A stretch of 64,000 bases of DNA from Azolla caroliniana (Eukaryota > Plantae > Polypodiophyta), in the NCBI GenBank assembly GCA_043228905.1, contig JBHGNT010000002.1:10230001-10294000 (forward strand), given 5' to 3'. How positions within the stretch are numbered: the stretch's first letter is position 1; the number at the start of each line of letters is the position of its first letter. Shown here piece after piece: positions 49,352 to 61,723 of the stretch. The translations under genes and the position numbers were made by a program. The notes beneath the pieces are model-generated. The model had not been told where the DNA came from. It did not search any database and worked only from the letters and a program-made list of their open reading frames with translations.

Positions 49352-52300
49352 CTAAACAGTATTTCGCTCCACTACGTCTGGGCCCCTTGACCGAGTAACT
49401 GGTCTTGTTCCCGATCGTGGCCCCTTCTTCAGCCTTTTTCTGGTTGGTTCCCCATTTAGCCTTGCTTCTTTCACCCAATGCGCAAGTGTGTCCTCCTCCG
49501 ACAACCTTCCCATCGCCTCAGCAGCTAATTGCACATCAGCCGTTTCTTGAACTAGCTTTTCAAGTACAGAGGGATCTGTTTGGACATTTTCAGTAGTTGG
49601 GCTCAGTGGGGTGGAATCAAGGTCTTGAGACTCGAAGAAATGTTGCATCAAGTGTTCATAAACATTGTTGTTGTGAACCTCAGTTTTACATGTTGTTTCC
49701 ACTATTTCATGGCATTTCACATCGTTGCCTAATTCAGTACACTGTTCCAAAAGAATAGGGTGCAGCTGATCTGAAGGAGATGTGATAGCAGGACTCTTAC
49801 TTTCAGCCACATTGGTAGTAGTATCCTCATCTGTTGCAGCATCATCAACACCAGACACATCATGTGCCGTCCTTAATCCACAAGATTCTACAATAACATG
49901 ACAGTTATTTAGGATAGCTAATTAACTACTTTACTAAACTGGGGTAGAAGCTAGGATAGCTAATTAGCTAGTACGATAGCTAATTAGCTAGTATGATAGC
50001 TAATTAGGTACTTTACTCAACTATGGTAGTAGTTAGGATAGCTAATTAGCTACTTTACTCAACTATGGTAGTAGCTAGGATAGCTAATTAGCTACTTTAC
50101 TCAACTATGGTAGTAGCTAGGATAGCTAATTAGCTACTTTACTCAACTATGGTAGTAGCTAGGATAGCTAATTAGCTACTTTACTCAACTATGGTAGTAG
50201 CTAGGATAGCTAATTAGCTAGTAGGATAGCTAATTAGTTGCCAGTAGCTAATTAGCTACTAGGATAGCTAATTCGCTAGTAGGATAGCTAATTAGTTGCC
50301 AGCAGCTAATTAGCTAGTAGGATAGCTAATTAGCTAGTAGGATAGCTAATTAGCTAGTAGGATAGCTAATTAGTTGCCAGTAGCTAATTAGCTAGTAGGA
50401 TAGCAAATTAGCTTTTTTACACAACTATGGTACTAGCTAATTAGCTAGTAGGATAGCTAATTAGCTACTAGGATAGCTAATTAGCTGCTAGTAGCTAATT
50501 AGCTACTAGGATAGCTTATTAGCTACTTTACACAACTATGGCAGTAGCTAATTAGTTACTAGGATAGCTAATTAGTTGCCAGTGGCTAATTAGCTAGTAG
50601 GATAGCTATTTAGCTTTTTTACACAACTATGGTACTAGCTAATTAGCTAGTACCATAGCTAATTAGCTACTTTACACAACTATGGCAGTAGCTAATTAGT
50701 TACTAGGATAGCTAATTAGTTGCCAGTGGCTAATTAGCTAGTAGGATAGCTACTTAGCTTTTTTACACAACTATGGTACTAGCTAATTAGCTAGTACCAT
50801 AGCTAATTAGCTACTAGGATAGCTAATTAGCTAGTAGCTCATTAGCTGCCAGTAGCTAATTAGCTAGTAGGATAGCTAATTAGAAAAGACTAAGCTTATT
50901 AGCTACAGTATGGTATACCTGTTAGTTTTCTCCACTCATTTGGTAGAGTTGTACTGCAATCTCCCAAATAGAATGCAGCAATTCGACAGGCATGTTGAAA
51001 ACAAAGCAGATGGTATGTGTGGTTGCATGGTTGTAGGTGAACCAACAAAGACGCAGTTTTGTCCTCCACACCTAACCCGCAAGCGATGCAACGTGCTTGA
51101 ACTGTCAATAAATCATTTTCTGGTTCTACTTCATTTGGTAAGGGAGCAAGAATGTTCAGGTCCAAATCCTGTCTGGTCCTTACCATTCCCTCCACAAAAT
51201 GTAGCTTCTTCTTAAGGTAGCTAACTACCTGTTCTTGATGAATGTATTGTTCCTTCAACGCAACAGAGAAATTTACCGATTAATTATTCTTGTTGTTGAA
51301 AGATACACCAACTTTGCTCAGGAATCGTTAACTTACTTGAAGCTTATCCAAATTGTAATCTGCAACAGTATTTACACCTAGAAGGTCCAGGTTCATTGAA
51401 AGAACCTGGATCTCTATTTGCAGTTCTATTTTACGCTGGGGATCCAGTGGCCCCTCTAATTCAAGCTCCTGTTGCGCAACCTATTCCAGATAATGCTTGA
51501 TTAGCACATTTTACCCGTTATTTATAACACAATCACATACCAGCAAAACAATAGTTACCTGAATCTTATTTCTAATTGTTGTAACAGCAGAAGTAACTTT
51601 GCTCTCCATTGCAGAAGCCATTGTGGCTTTCTCTAAATCAGTCTTAAAAAATGCCAATGTCTCACAGGCTTCATGGACATTTTTTTGCATATAGCTAACC
51701 AATGTCTCACCTGTATCATCGACATTGGCTTTCCTTGGGTGTCGGTGTGGTGTATGCCCCCGGTCTTGTTGGGAGTTGGCAGTTGCATCAACAGTTGCCA
51801 TGCTCCAAAATCTGTCTATTTTTTGTGCCAAGGTCCCCATCTTTCGGCATCTTTTTACCGATGCCTCACCATAGACTGCCCAAGCTACCCTATACATTTC
51901 AGGGTCTCTAGATTCCTTCGCTGTTTTGCAGTACTCATATGCAAATGCTCTAGCAAATGAAACTGATAACTCATTGTTGACTGGGATCTCCTGATGAACT
52001 TTCTGGTGCAGTCTCATGCAGTCATCGTACAAGTCGGCTCGTACATGCTTCAGCTTGACCTTGCCTTTGACTCTAGGCACTGTATATACTGTCATCCAGT
52101 CTATATCACTGATCAATTTATCACTTAGGACAGCAGGGTCAACACCCTCGAGTGACAGACCATAGGTGTTGTGGAAGTCCTCCTTTGTCTCGCAAAATTT
52201 TGCGAAGTTTAGCACTCTCGTATACGGAGGAACGAGCCATCTGAAATATCATTTTAGAAATTAGAAATAGTGCAAAATCAGAATATGTGAGAATCAAAAA

Positions 52301-52828
52301 CCCCAATCAACAACAACAAAAATGGTGCAAAATCTTTAACTTAGCAAATCAGAAACCCTAATCATAATTTGTATTCAGAAATTTGAAATCAGAAACCCTA
52401 ATCAAAATCTGTAATCAGAAGTTTGTGACCAGAAACCTTATTCAGAAATTCTAAACAGAAATTTATAATCAAAAACCCTAATCAGAAATTTCAATCAGAA
52501 ACCCTAATCAAAAATTTCAATCACAAACCCTAATCAGAAATCCTAAGCAGAAATTTATAAACAAAAACCCTATTCAGAAATTCTAATTTGTAATCAAAAT
52601 TTGTAACCAGAAACCCTATTCAGAAATTCTAATCAGAAATTTATAATCAAAAACCCTAATCAGAAATTTCAATCACAAACCCTAATCAGAAATTCTAATA
52701 AGAAATTTATAAACAAAAACCCTAATCAGAAATTTCAATCAGAAACCCCAATCATCACTAAAGACAGGATTAAACACAAAAAAAGTAATATAAACACACC
52801 TGTTGCTACTCCCCGATTTGCGAGACAT
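49352..52828 (-). CDS. Transposon cargo gene, 5 predicted exons (52828-52800, 52240-51559, 51480-51337, 51252-50919, 49887-49352), ~574 aa, with RING-H2-like zinc finger
   Basis: All four introns GT-AG and phase-consistent (1725 nt total); CIAC-x16-CNHTYHLLC-x9-(Y)LGDC RING-like motif; coiled-coil-like segment; acidic low-complexity last exon with basic RKRLKK. Confidence 0.72.
49913..50883. repeat. Second TAGCTAATTAGCTA palindrome array (20-bp and 42-bp periods) filling cargo-gene intron 4
   Basis: Seen directly; spacers are largely reverse-complement to those of the first array. Confidence 0.92.
52300..52750. repeat. Telobox-like AAACCCTAATCAGAAATT repeat array in cargo-gene intron 1
   Basis: About 10 AAACCCTA(A/T) motifs interspersed with ATCAGAAATT. 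Confidence 0.75.
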
Positions 52829-53311
52829 CCTTGTATGGGACTCCAAGGACTTCGCCCTATTCGATTTTGGGGAAATATGAATCGGCACCAAAGTTCAGAC
52901 AGTAGTCAAAAAGAAAAAACAAATGTTTGGGGTTTCTGTAACTGAAACATACCTGGACGATGATCGAGCGGGTTCTATGTTGTAGCTCTCAATCTGCAAT
53001 GTCGATTTTTTGCTGTTGCGGGAGCTACGTCTGCGTTCGTGCTTTGAGTACTCCATCTGCGTTCAAAATCAGACTTAGGCTAAACAGGAAATTGATGACA
53101 TTGAAGTCGACCTTAGATGATGGTGATATTCCCCAAGTTCCACTACGTCTGAAACAGAAGTTCAAATATTTGAGTTTTTTCATAAATTAGTTTTTCAAAT
53201 ATTTGATTTTCCCACAAAAAAGACTAGCTAAACAAATAGCTAATTAGCTATGGCCATTTTAGTAGCTAATTAGCTATAATAGTGTTTCCACTCGCATGCT
53301 TTTACCCATTG

Positions 53312-55074
53312 ATGCTAGAGCCACCGTCGATTATGCATCTTGTGATTTCTGGACCGTGTAATATCCACTTAATAGCCAGATTGTGGTGATCCACCACTAT
53401 TGGTCCGATGTTGATGTCCGTAAAATTGGCGGAGACACTGACTCCAAGTTTGCCCATTATACGATCCTCCACGGCCTGGCAAAACCGTGGGACTAGTTGA
53501 AGTAGCTTCTCCATGGTTAGCGTTATCTCACAGCCTACCAGTGCTTGCCATATGGGATCCGGAGATATTACATCTTCCTCCGACGGCTCCACCGTGTTCG
53601 CGGACTCCTTCCGCATGCGTTCCATATTTGCCTCGTTTGCTTTTTCCACCCATACTTGGGTCATCTGACGTATCTCATCTTGCGTAGCCCAATCCACATT
53701 TTTTATTTGTTGTCGTGTCGTGACTTGCTGCACTTCCGCCGTAATCGTATTGTCGGCGGGCCCCTTGCCCTTGTGTAATGGGCATTGCGTGGCATAATGT
53801 TCGAGCTGTTGGCAAACAAAACAATGGACGCTAGATTCACCTTTCTCGGCAACTGGTGGTGTGTGCCGATCCCCAGGTGTGACTTGCTCCTCCTGGTCTT
53901 GGTTCATTCTTCGGAGCGTACACGGTGGTTATTGTTGGTCCCGACGCGGTTCCTAGTGCCGGTCATCATCCGAACTTTCGTCGTACCGCCATTGGTCCTA
54001 ATACTGACGATGTTTTCCTCGAGGCCCATTGAAGCCACCATGTTTGTTCGTCGGACGGTAATTCTCGTAGCGGCTGCCCCCTTTAGTATTTCTGTTGTTG
54101 CCACAGCCTCCTTCTCGGAATCGTTGTTATTTCAGCGATTCCGGTAGTGCCGGTCATCACATGGGTTCTGATCCATATACCGGGGTCGTTCTTCTTGGTG
54201 CCTTTGCTCATTACGGCGAGGGGAGTGCTATGTTTCCATGCTTCGTCTTGTGGGTGTGGATATGTTCAACATATTGTACTCACACTGCTTGACCGTGTGT
54301 GCTTTCGAGTGACAGATTGGGCAGTGAATTTGCATGTTGCACTCGACTGCGGAATGCCCCGAATTCAAGCAAATCATGCACTGGATTGCCTCGTGAAAGT
54401 GTCGTCCCTCGTCGTGAGGTAACGCTTGCCATAATGAGGACATGGAAAACCTTTCCTCTTCTTCGTCCAGCTAGAGCTGTAGCACTCGTTCTATGACCAT
54501 ATCGGTCGTTTCTCCTTTCACGCTATTGTTGTTGAGTGTCGTCGGTATCGGTCATTGTAGAGCTGCTAAGAATGTCTCCCGAGCCTCGTCCTCCGTCAGG
54601 CCCCATTCTAATTTCCATCGTAGATTTTGGAAGCGTAAATTGAAATCCGCTACAGTCTCGATCGGCAACTGTTTAATTGTATAAAACTGTCCGAGGATTT
54701 CGCATTGCGGCATTCCAAACATTTAGGAACAGGTGAATGTGGGTTGCGGCGTCGGTTTCGCCGTTTAAGTGGGGATAAGAGAAGGCCATGTTGGACGCTA
54801 CGGCGGGCACGGAAAGACCACAGTGCTTGTGTGGTGAGTGAACTTCCTGCTTGTCTCCGGGGTATTTGGTGAGCAGGAAATCGTCTTTGTGGTTCCGACA
54901 GATATCACAGAGGTTACTGAGGCGAGGTTTTTGCCGTGCGCATTCCTCTACCTGGCGTGTGATGGACCTTGTGATTCGTCGGTCTTGTCGTGTTGGTTTT
55001 CTGGGACGTCTGCGGCTAAACATCCATTCGCCGTTGTTCGTCTGTGAGAAGACAGAGATCACCAGGTGTGCCAA
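53312..55074 (-). pseudogene. Gypsy E gag and protease N-half
   Basis: FSYPHLNGETDAATHIHLFLNVW; knuckles CMICLNSGHSAVEC, CPICHSKAHTVKQC, CFVCQQLEHYATQC; CIIDGGSSIN at the Sola2 junction. Confidence 0.87.
55060..55073 (-). promoter_or_regulatory. PBS (degenerate tRNA-Arg type) of Gypsy E
   Basis: Minus strand TGGCACACCTGGTG, 4 nt after the 5' LTR. Confidence 0.7.
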
Positions 55075-55077
55075 AAG

Positions 55078-55548
55078 TGTTACCGATTAGGAACACGGTC
55101 TTTAGTCAGTCCTTCGACCTAGACCTCAAGGTGACTGCGTTGCCACAAATGGTAGAATCGTACCATAATACGTAATGGGATATCTCTCCGTATCCTAGTA
55201 GCATATAAGAGAGACGGCTATAACCGAACTCCCTAGACAGTGCACTAGTAACAACACTCGTACTCACGGCTATGCTTCTTACAATTACAATACACCACCA
55301 AGAATCACAAACACACAGTAGATTAACCACAGATATGCACAGAGGATCAGAGAAGATAAAACTCTATTAAGATACGCTCTATGCACCAAAACTTACACAC
55401 TACCTCTTACAAAGGATTTCTGCCCTTTATATAGACATGGTCTTTAAGCCGTTCACGCTTCCCGCGTGACCCGTTACATGCGTTATGTTTTTACTATATT
55501 CTATATTTCTGCGCTCCTGTCCGTCGGTTACTATTCCGACAGACAACA
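55078..55548 (-). repeat. 5' LTR of Gypsy E
   Basis: Direct repeat of 35507-35977. Confidence 0.93.
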
Positions 55549-56328
55549 AGAACCTCTTGTTCTATACTCGGATGAAGCACATAGAACTGCATTACCACTG
55601 TGCATGAGCAGGTCCTCACCGATGAAGTCAAACTTTGGTATGTCTGAATAGATCGGCAGGTTGCCGACATTTTCACCAAGTACCTTGGGACCGACAAGTT
55701 GCAGCATTTTTCGGAGATGCTTGGTATTCAACATCTCGACATGTCGCACTTGAGGGGGAGAACCGGTGCTTATACAGGGAGAACCGGAAAGGAAACAACC
55801 CAAACTAGGGGAGACAAGAAGGAAAAGGGAGCCAAGTCGACTAAGGAAGTTGGCACATCTGATCAAGTTAGAACAAATGGCGACGACGGTAGAGTCAAGA
55901 AGGACAGGGCTGACCGGAAGGAAAAGGCCCAGACCCGGACATGGTTTGATGTTGTGAAGAGCCTTAAGATTGAGGATAGATTGGAGACAGCCAATTCAGA
56001 CAAGAGCTAGAATGAGTCGGAGACACCCAATTCGGAAGAGGTGTTTAATTCGGAGGAGTCGGATCAACTAAATGCCAAACTGACGAGGAGGCCGCAGAAG
56101 TCGACACCGAATCGGAGGAACCGACGGGTTGAGAAGCATTGGAGTTGCAACAACGAAGGAGCTGAGATGGGCCCTATGAGCAAATAAGTCGACCAAGAAG
56201 GTCGTGGAAAGCGTAACCGGACGGGTTGAGGAGCGTGAGCAAGGTGAGAAGACACCATAAGAAGCTAACTACAAGGCTCGACAAACACTGACAGCTTGAT
56301 CCGATCTCAAGTTGAGCTTGACGGGGAG

Positions 56329-56432
56329 TGTTGAACGGACAACCTCAACTGAATCCGGATCGGCTAAATAAGCCGGAGATGGATCGGTATCCGAAACGGG
56401 GAACCGGATCAGTGTCGAGAACCAAGAGCCGG
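56329..56432 (+). repeat. Start of Copia F 3' LTR (interrupted at 56433)
   Basis: PPT GAGCTTGACGGGGAG then TGTTGAACGGACAACCTCAAC; shares AGAACCAAGAGCCGG with the 4409 LTR. Confidence 0.7.
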
Positions 56433-59400
56433 TGTTGTGTGATTTTTCACACACAATATGAAAACTATGTAAAAAAATAATGAAACAATTATTTTAGATT
56501 AGATTAGTGGCTTAATATGGAAAGATGGATGTACTCAAGAGCTTCAAAACGCATTTTACTACATATAAAATGAAGTTTGAGAAGATAAGGAAAATAGAAT
56601 TTTGAAATATCCCACATAGATAGGAAACTTTAGGAGCCAGCTATATAAGCAGATTGAGAACCATCATTTTTTATCTATGTGTTAAGAGCACAAAAGAAAT
56701 AGTTGGGCTTGGGACACTTTTGTCTAGAAAGACAAATGTGGCTAAGTCGCCGGATGTGGCTAAGTTGCTCGAACCAGCCGATGAAGGAACTCAAACCGGT
56801 TGGTGATAGTACTAAAAATTGGATGGATTCAACAACCAGAAACCGGATTGAGTCGGCAATTGGATAGAACTAGCGACCGGGCGGATCTGGCAACTGGACG
56901 GAGTCGGCGACTAGACAAATCTGGCGACCGGACAGAACCGACCACCAGATCGAACCGGACGGCGGCAACCAGACAGAGCCGGCGACCGAACGAATCCGGG
57001 AACCAGAAATCGGACGGAGCCGGCAACCGGATGACGATAAAATCGGAACAAGACTGGACGGGTGAGGCCGGACACGGACCGGATGGATCAAAGCATGGGC
57101 CAAACTTTACGGATTATAGGAGCATGCGACTGAACTAAAGTAAAGTAAAATAAAGTAAAGGTCATGTGGAAGGCATGCAACTAAAGGTAAAAGCCATGGA
57201 ACTAAAAGTGGGGAGGCAAAGGAACATCAAAGGAGGGATCAATAAAGAAACCCATAAAAATTCCATTTTTTTCCTACACTCATCCTCTCTCCATTTTTAT
57301 TTTCTTTTCCTTCTTAGCTCCCTTATCTCACGGAGCCATAACACTCAAAAAACCCTAATTTTCCCTACGGAAGCCATAACACTCAAGAACCCTTAATTTC
57401 CCTATGGAAGCCATTCAACTCAAAAACCCTAATTTCTTATCGAAGCTAAAAAACCCTAATTTTCTCAACGAAGATATCAGTCATAAACCATAATCTCTTA
57501 TCAAAGCCGAAGAACCTAATTTTCCTATCGAATCCGTATCTTAGTTTCTTCTAATCTATTACTTTAGTAATCTCCATAAGCTAAAACTTTTGTAATCCCA
57601 ATCTTGGGATTGATTGTAATCTTTCTTTCCCTTTCTCATTTTGCATTAATTCTTTAATATAAACATATGAATCTGATATCCTCCGGTTGGAGGCCCCGGG
57701 ATCCTGCCTCAAGTTCACCTACCTCAAGCAAACGGGCTTGTGGCAAATTGGGTTGCGGTGAAGCGAGCATGCAATAGGCTCGACAAGTGTCGTCAGTGGG
57801 TTGGTGACACCGACTTGGCGGGATCGACTGTCGTGGAGAAAACAAGACAACCGAAAGTAGTTGAGCCACCCAAACAAAGCAGCCCGGAAGAAAAGAAGAT
57901 CGATGATGACTTGAGGACGATGACGACCATTTCAAAGAAGGTCGAATGTTTCGGAACATGCGTCGTGTTCGAAACAACAGATGATGGAACATGCCAAATC
58001 GAAGCTTGTGTCAATGGAGATAAAGACTGTGAGGCTAGTGTAATTGAGGATCTAGCTGCTAAAGACGACATTGAGGAGGTGACTATGAACAAGATAAACG
58101 ACCATGGCTGGATTTTCTCCACACATGCACCAGAGACTTGGGCAATTGCGTCCAAAAACCGATGTAAGACCCAAGAGACGGGAGGTGACGACGAAGAACC
58201 AAAGGTCAAAGCTAAAGAGAGAAGGATAATCGAAGCTTGTTCGATCAAGAGGGTCAATGGTTACGAGGCCCATGAGATTGAAGAGATAGCCATCGAGTCG
58301 GAGATGGCTATGAACGAGTCAATGGCGGATGGTCATGTGGAGACTTTCCTAACACTTCATCTAGAGACTTGGGCAGTTGCGTCTGGGAACGAACGTGAGA
58401 CCCAAGAGACAGATGGTGGCGAAAAGAAAGAGAAGGACCAAGATAATATAGCCAATGACGACAGCCAAATTTTCTCCACACTTGTTCCAGAGACTTGGGC
58501 AATTGCATCCGAGAACCGATGTAAGACCCAAGAGACGGGAGGTCATGGCGAAGAACCGAAGGTCAAAACTAATATATGCGACGAAGAGAGAAGCATAATA
58601 AAGGATTGCTCAATAAAAAGGATCGATGGGTAAGAGGCCCATGAGTTTGAAGGAATAGGTATGGAAAATGACGTCAAGGCGAAGATGGTGAATGGCCATG
58701 AAGAGCTTTTCCCCACACTAGTTCTAGAGACTTGGGCATTAACCGATGTAAGACCCAAGAGACGGAAGCTAGCGGGGAGGAAGCAAAGGTCAATGCTGAT
58801 TCGAGCAACTTTAAGATGGAAATGGCTAAGTGCAGCACGAAAAAGGCAAACGATGGAAATGTATGGGTCCCTCCACACTCGTTCTAGAGACTTGGGCATT
58901 AACCGATGTAAGACCCAAGAGAAGGATAGTGATGGGGAAGAAGCAAGGGTTAAAGTTGATATGTGCAACAAAGAGTTTGAGAAAAACATGACAAGGGATG
59001 GTGATGGCCAAGCAAGCCATGAGGATCTGAAGGATGTGATCAAAACATCTATCAAATACACTACTATGAATGAGTCAAAATGCCTTGAGCAAGGAGACGA
59101 TTGAGACAAAGGTGGAACATTCATGAGACTTAAATGATTATCCTCAAGAAGAGAGCAAGGGCCATGACAACAAGTCATGGTGAAGCAAAGAAAAAACGAA
59201 TGATATGGTGGATTGGGTGACAACAATGATTCGAGTACAAAGAAACAAACATGCTCGATGTTGAGGAGTCATGTTGATCACCATTTGCAAAGGAAAAGAG
59301 AAAGATAAAACTGTGAGATATCCCACATAGACAGGACAAATAAGGATCTCACCATATATAAGGCAGAGCAAAAGTTATTATCTTTGTGTTTATGTGTGGA

Positions 59401-61723
59401 GCATAGAGAGTTCAAGGTGACATGAACTAAGCTAATTGGATGAGTGGGTGTGGCCTAGCTACTTGTAAAAGTTTTTGGCCAACCAAAACCGGCGGCAACC
59501 TAGCGACCAGCCGGTTGCCGGCAAGCGACTCGAGATGCGGACCGAACCAGATCAGGATGCGGGCTGGGCCGGACTAAACGGATGCAAATTAGACGAATCG
59601 GTCGGGCCGGTTGATCACGGTGCATGGTGTCTTAAAGATATTTGGTCCAAAAGCCTAATAGTATTTTGTGCATAAAAGAAAAAGATGTAAGCAAGACTCA
59701 AACTTAGCACCTTTAAGATAGGAAGCAATAGGCTTACCATTAAGCCAAATCATTTCTTTAGGGATTATATTTTTATCATTATAGCTTTACATGTAAATTC
59801 TCATATTAGCGCTTGATTGAGTGACATGTGATGCATGAGTGCCAAATGGCAAACATGCATTGTATGCATGTCTTGTACCCTCACATGCATCATATGCATG
59901 GGACCATCTATAAAAGGGTGGAAAAAGATCAAGAAAAGAGCAATGTATTAATCAAGAAATTAAAAGTAAGAAATTCGTTATCCAATTGATGATATAACTT
60001 GTTCTTCAAATCTAAAGTCAAGAGTTCAACCTTAATCTCTCTCAATCTAAAGTCAAGCGTTCTATCTTATCTCAATCTCTCTCTCTCTCTCAATCTATAT
60101 TAAATCCTTTCTTGTTAATGCTAGTGCGTACTTCGAGTCCTTCTGGTCCAGAACCCCGGCGGTTCCGCCTCACGATCCGCACATACTAACGGATCTTCAC
60201 GACATAATTAAGTGGTGAACCCGACGTGAAATGAGGCGGCAGAAGGATATCTCATGGAGGCATATAGATACAAAGAGCCAAAGAGATGCAGTCTATACGA
60301 GTTCGACCAATGGGTATCATCATTAAAGACCCACCAAAGTGCCATGCATGCTTTCGTTGACTTCGAGTGTCGCTTTGCACAACTCTCGGAGCGGGATCAA
60401 AGATTGGTGGGGGTGGATAAAGTCCTAATGTTTGTGGAGTCAATAGATCGGAAGGAAAGAAAGGCCATTGGAATCTGACTTGAGGATGATGATGGTGCGA
60501 ATGGCCTCACCGAGGATTGGAGGAAAGTGGAAAGAGAATGTCGATTACACGATAAGAGGAAGACAAGATTCTTATCGGCAACAACACAATCCACGATGGA
60601 TGGTGAAAGGAGGACAAGAAGCAACTACAAACTACCACCTAAAGAAGAGAACTTGAAGAGGGAAGGTTCGATGGTACTCGACATAGAGGCCTTCATAAAC
60701 GAGGCATATGAGAATTTAAAGGTGCAAGTCGAGGCCAAAGAGAATCTTATAATGGAACCAAAACCGATTAAAATGGTTATCAAGGAAGAAGAGACTTCCC
60801 AACAAAGTTGGAGTAATGATACGACCAATACAAAGGCCCAAGTTCGGTACGACAACACCACGGGAGAAGGTGTGGAACAAGACGCCTTCTCGTCTTGCAA
60901 AGAAACAACGATGAAGAATGAAACGAATGAATCGAGGGTGGCGAATGCCACTTCAAGTAAGGGCAAATGTTTCGGAACACACATCGTGTCTGAAACATAA
61001 AGTGATGAAGGTGCAAGCATGAGCAAAGCTTGCATGATCAAGGGAGATAAAAAGTGTGAGGTCCACATGATTGAGGAGGTAGCCACGAGAAATGACATCA
61101 AGTCAGAGGTGGCTAAGGACTAGTCAATGGCGGATGGTTGTGTCAAGACTTTCTCCACACTTGTTCTAGAGACTTGGGCAAATGCATCGGAAAGCAAACG
61201 TGACACCCAAGAGACAGAAGGTGCCGGCGAGGAAGTGAAGGCCAAGGCTAACACATGCGAAGAAGAAGGAGACGTCAAGCCGAAGAGGGTAGACAACGAT
61301 CATGAAGAGACTTTCCCCACAAAGGTTCTTGAGACTTGGGCATTAACCAATGTAAGACCCAAGAGACAAAAGGTGGCGGCAAAGAAACAAAGGTCAAAAG
61401 ACAATGCGGACAACCATAAGGTGGAAGCGGCTAAGGGCAGCACGACAAAGACAAACTATGAAAACATATGGATCCCTCCACACTCGTTCGAGAGACTTGG
61501 GCATTAACCAATGTAAGACCCAAGAGAAGGACGGTGGCAACGAGGAAGCAAGGGTTGAAGCTAGTGCGTGCAACAAGGAAGTCATGGTCAACTCCAAAGT
61601 ATACCACGAAAGTAGAAAAAGTGAGAAGCATGAAATGTGTTCACTTAAGGACCTCGAGATGAGCATGCAGTTGAAGAATGAACGACTAAGAGTACTCAAC
61701 AATAGTATTTCGATAAGGTCTTT
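56433..61723 (+). mobile_element. Non-autonomous Gypsy-derived sequence H (two LTR plus gag-remnant units related to family C)
   Basis: TG start at 56433; gag remnants ANWVAVKRAC..W (57740) and KVLMFVESIDRKER..GLTEDW (60254-60560) resemble C gag; LTR end CTTCACGACA at 60204 and Trp PBS TGGTGAACCCGACGTGAA at 60213-60230; no pol seen. Confidence 0.55.

Larger units (their letters stand above)
42469..53307. mobile_element. Sola2-type DNA transposon, ~10.8 kb
   Basis: TIRs GGGTGAAAGCATACGAGTGGAAACA (42469-42493) and GGGTAAAAGCATGCGAGTGGAAACA (reverse of 53283-53307); 4-bp TSD ATTG (42465-42468, 53308-53311); excision restores host protease IIDGGSSINVIS; 5'-GRG termini and 4-bp TSD fit Sola2. Confidence 0.88.
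35507..55548 (-). mobile_element. Ty3/Gypsy element E (related to D, different LTRs), nested in F RNase H; contains the Sola2-like transposon
   Basis: LTRs 35507-35977 and 55078-55548; gag ~55074-53312; PR-RT-RH-INT ~42464-39050; extra ORF 38876-36025; TSD not preserved (ACTAG vs AGAAC). Confidence 0.92.
4409..56432 (+). mobile_element. Ty1/Copia LTR retrotransposon F (outermost; interrupted by A, E and, in its 3' LTR, by element H)
   Basis: 5' LTR 4409-4765 plus 31664-31697, PBS 31698-31709, gag-PR-INT-RT-RH order at 31798-35506 and 55549-56010, PPT before 56329; the 3' LTR start shares GTGTCnAGAACCAAGAGCCGG with the 5' LTR but is divergent. Confidence 0.7.

Noticed and set aside
52300-52750. 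Interstitial telomere
   Set aside because: AAACCCTA units are isolated by other motifs, not a (CCCTAAA)n tandem tract
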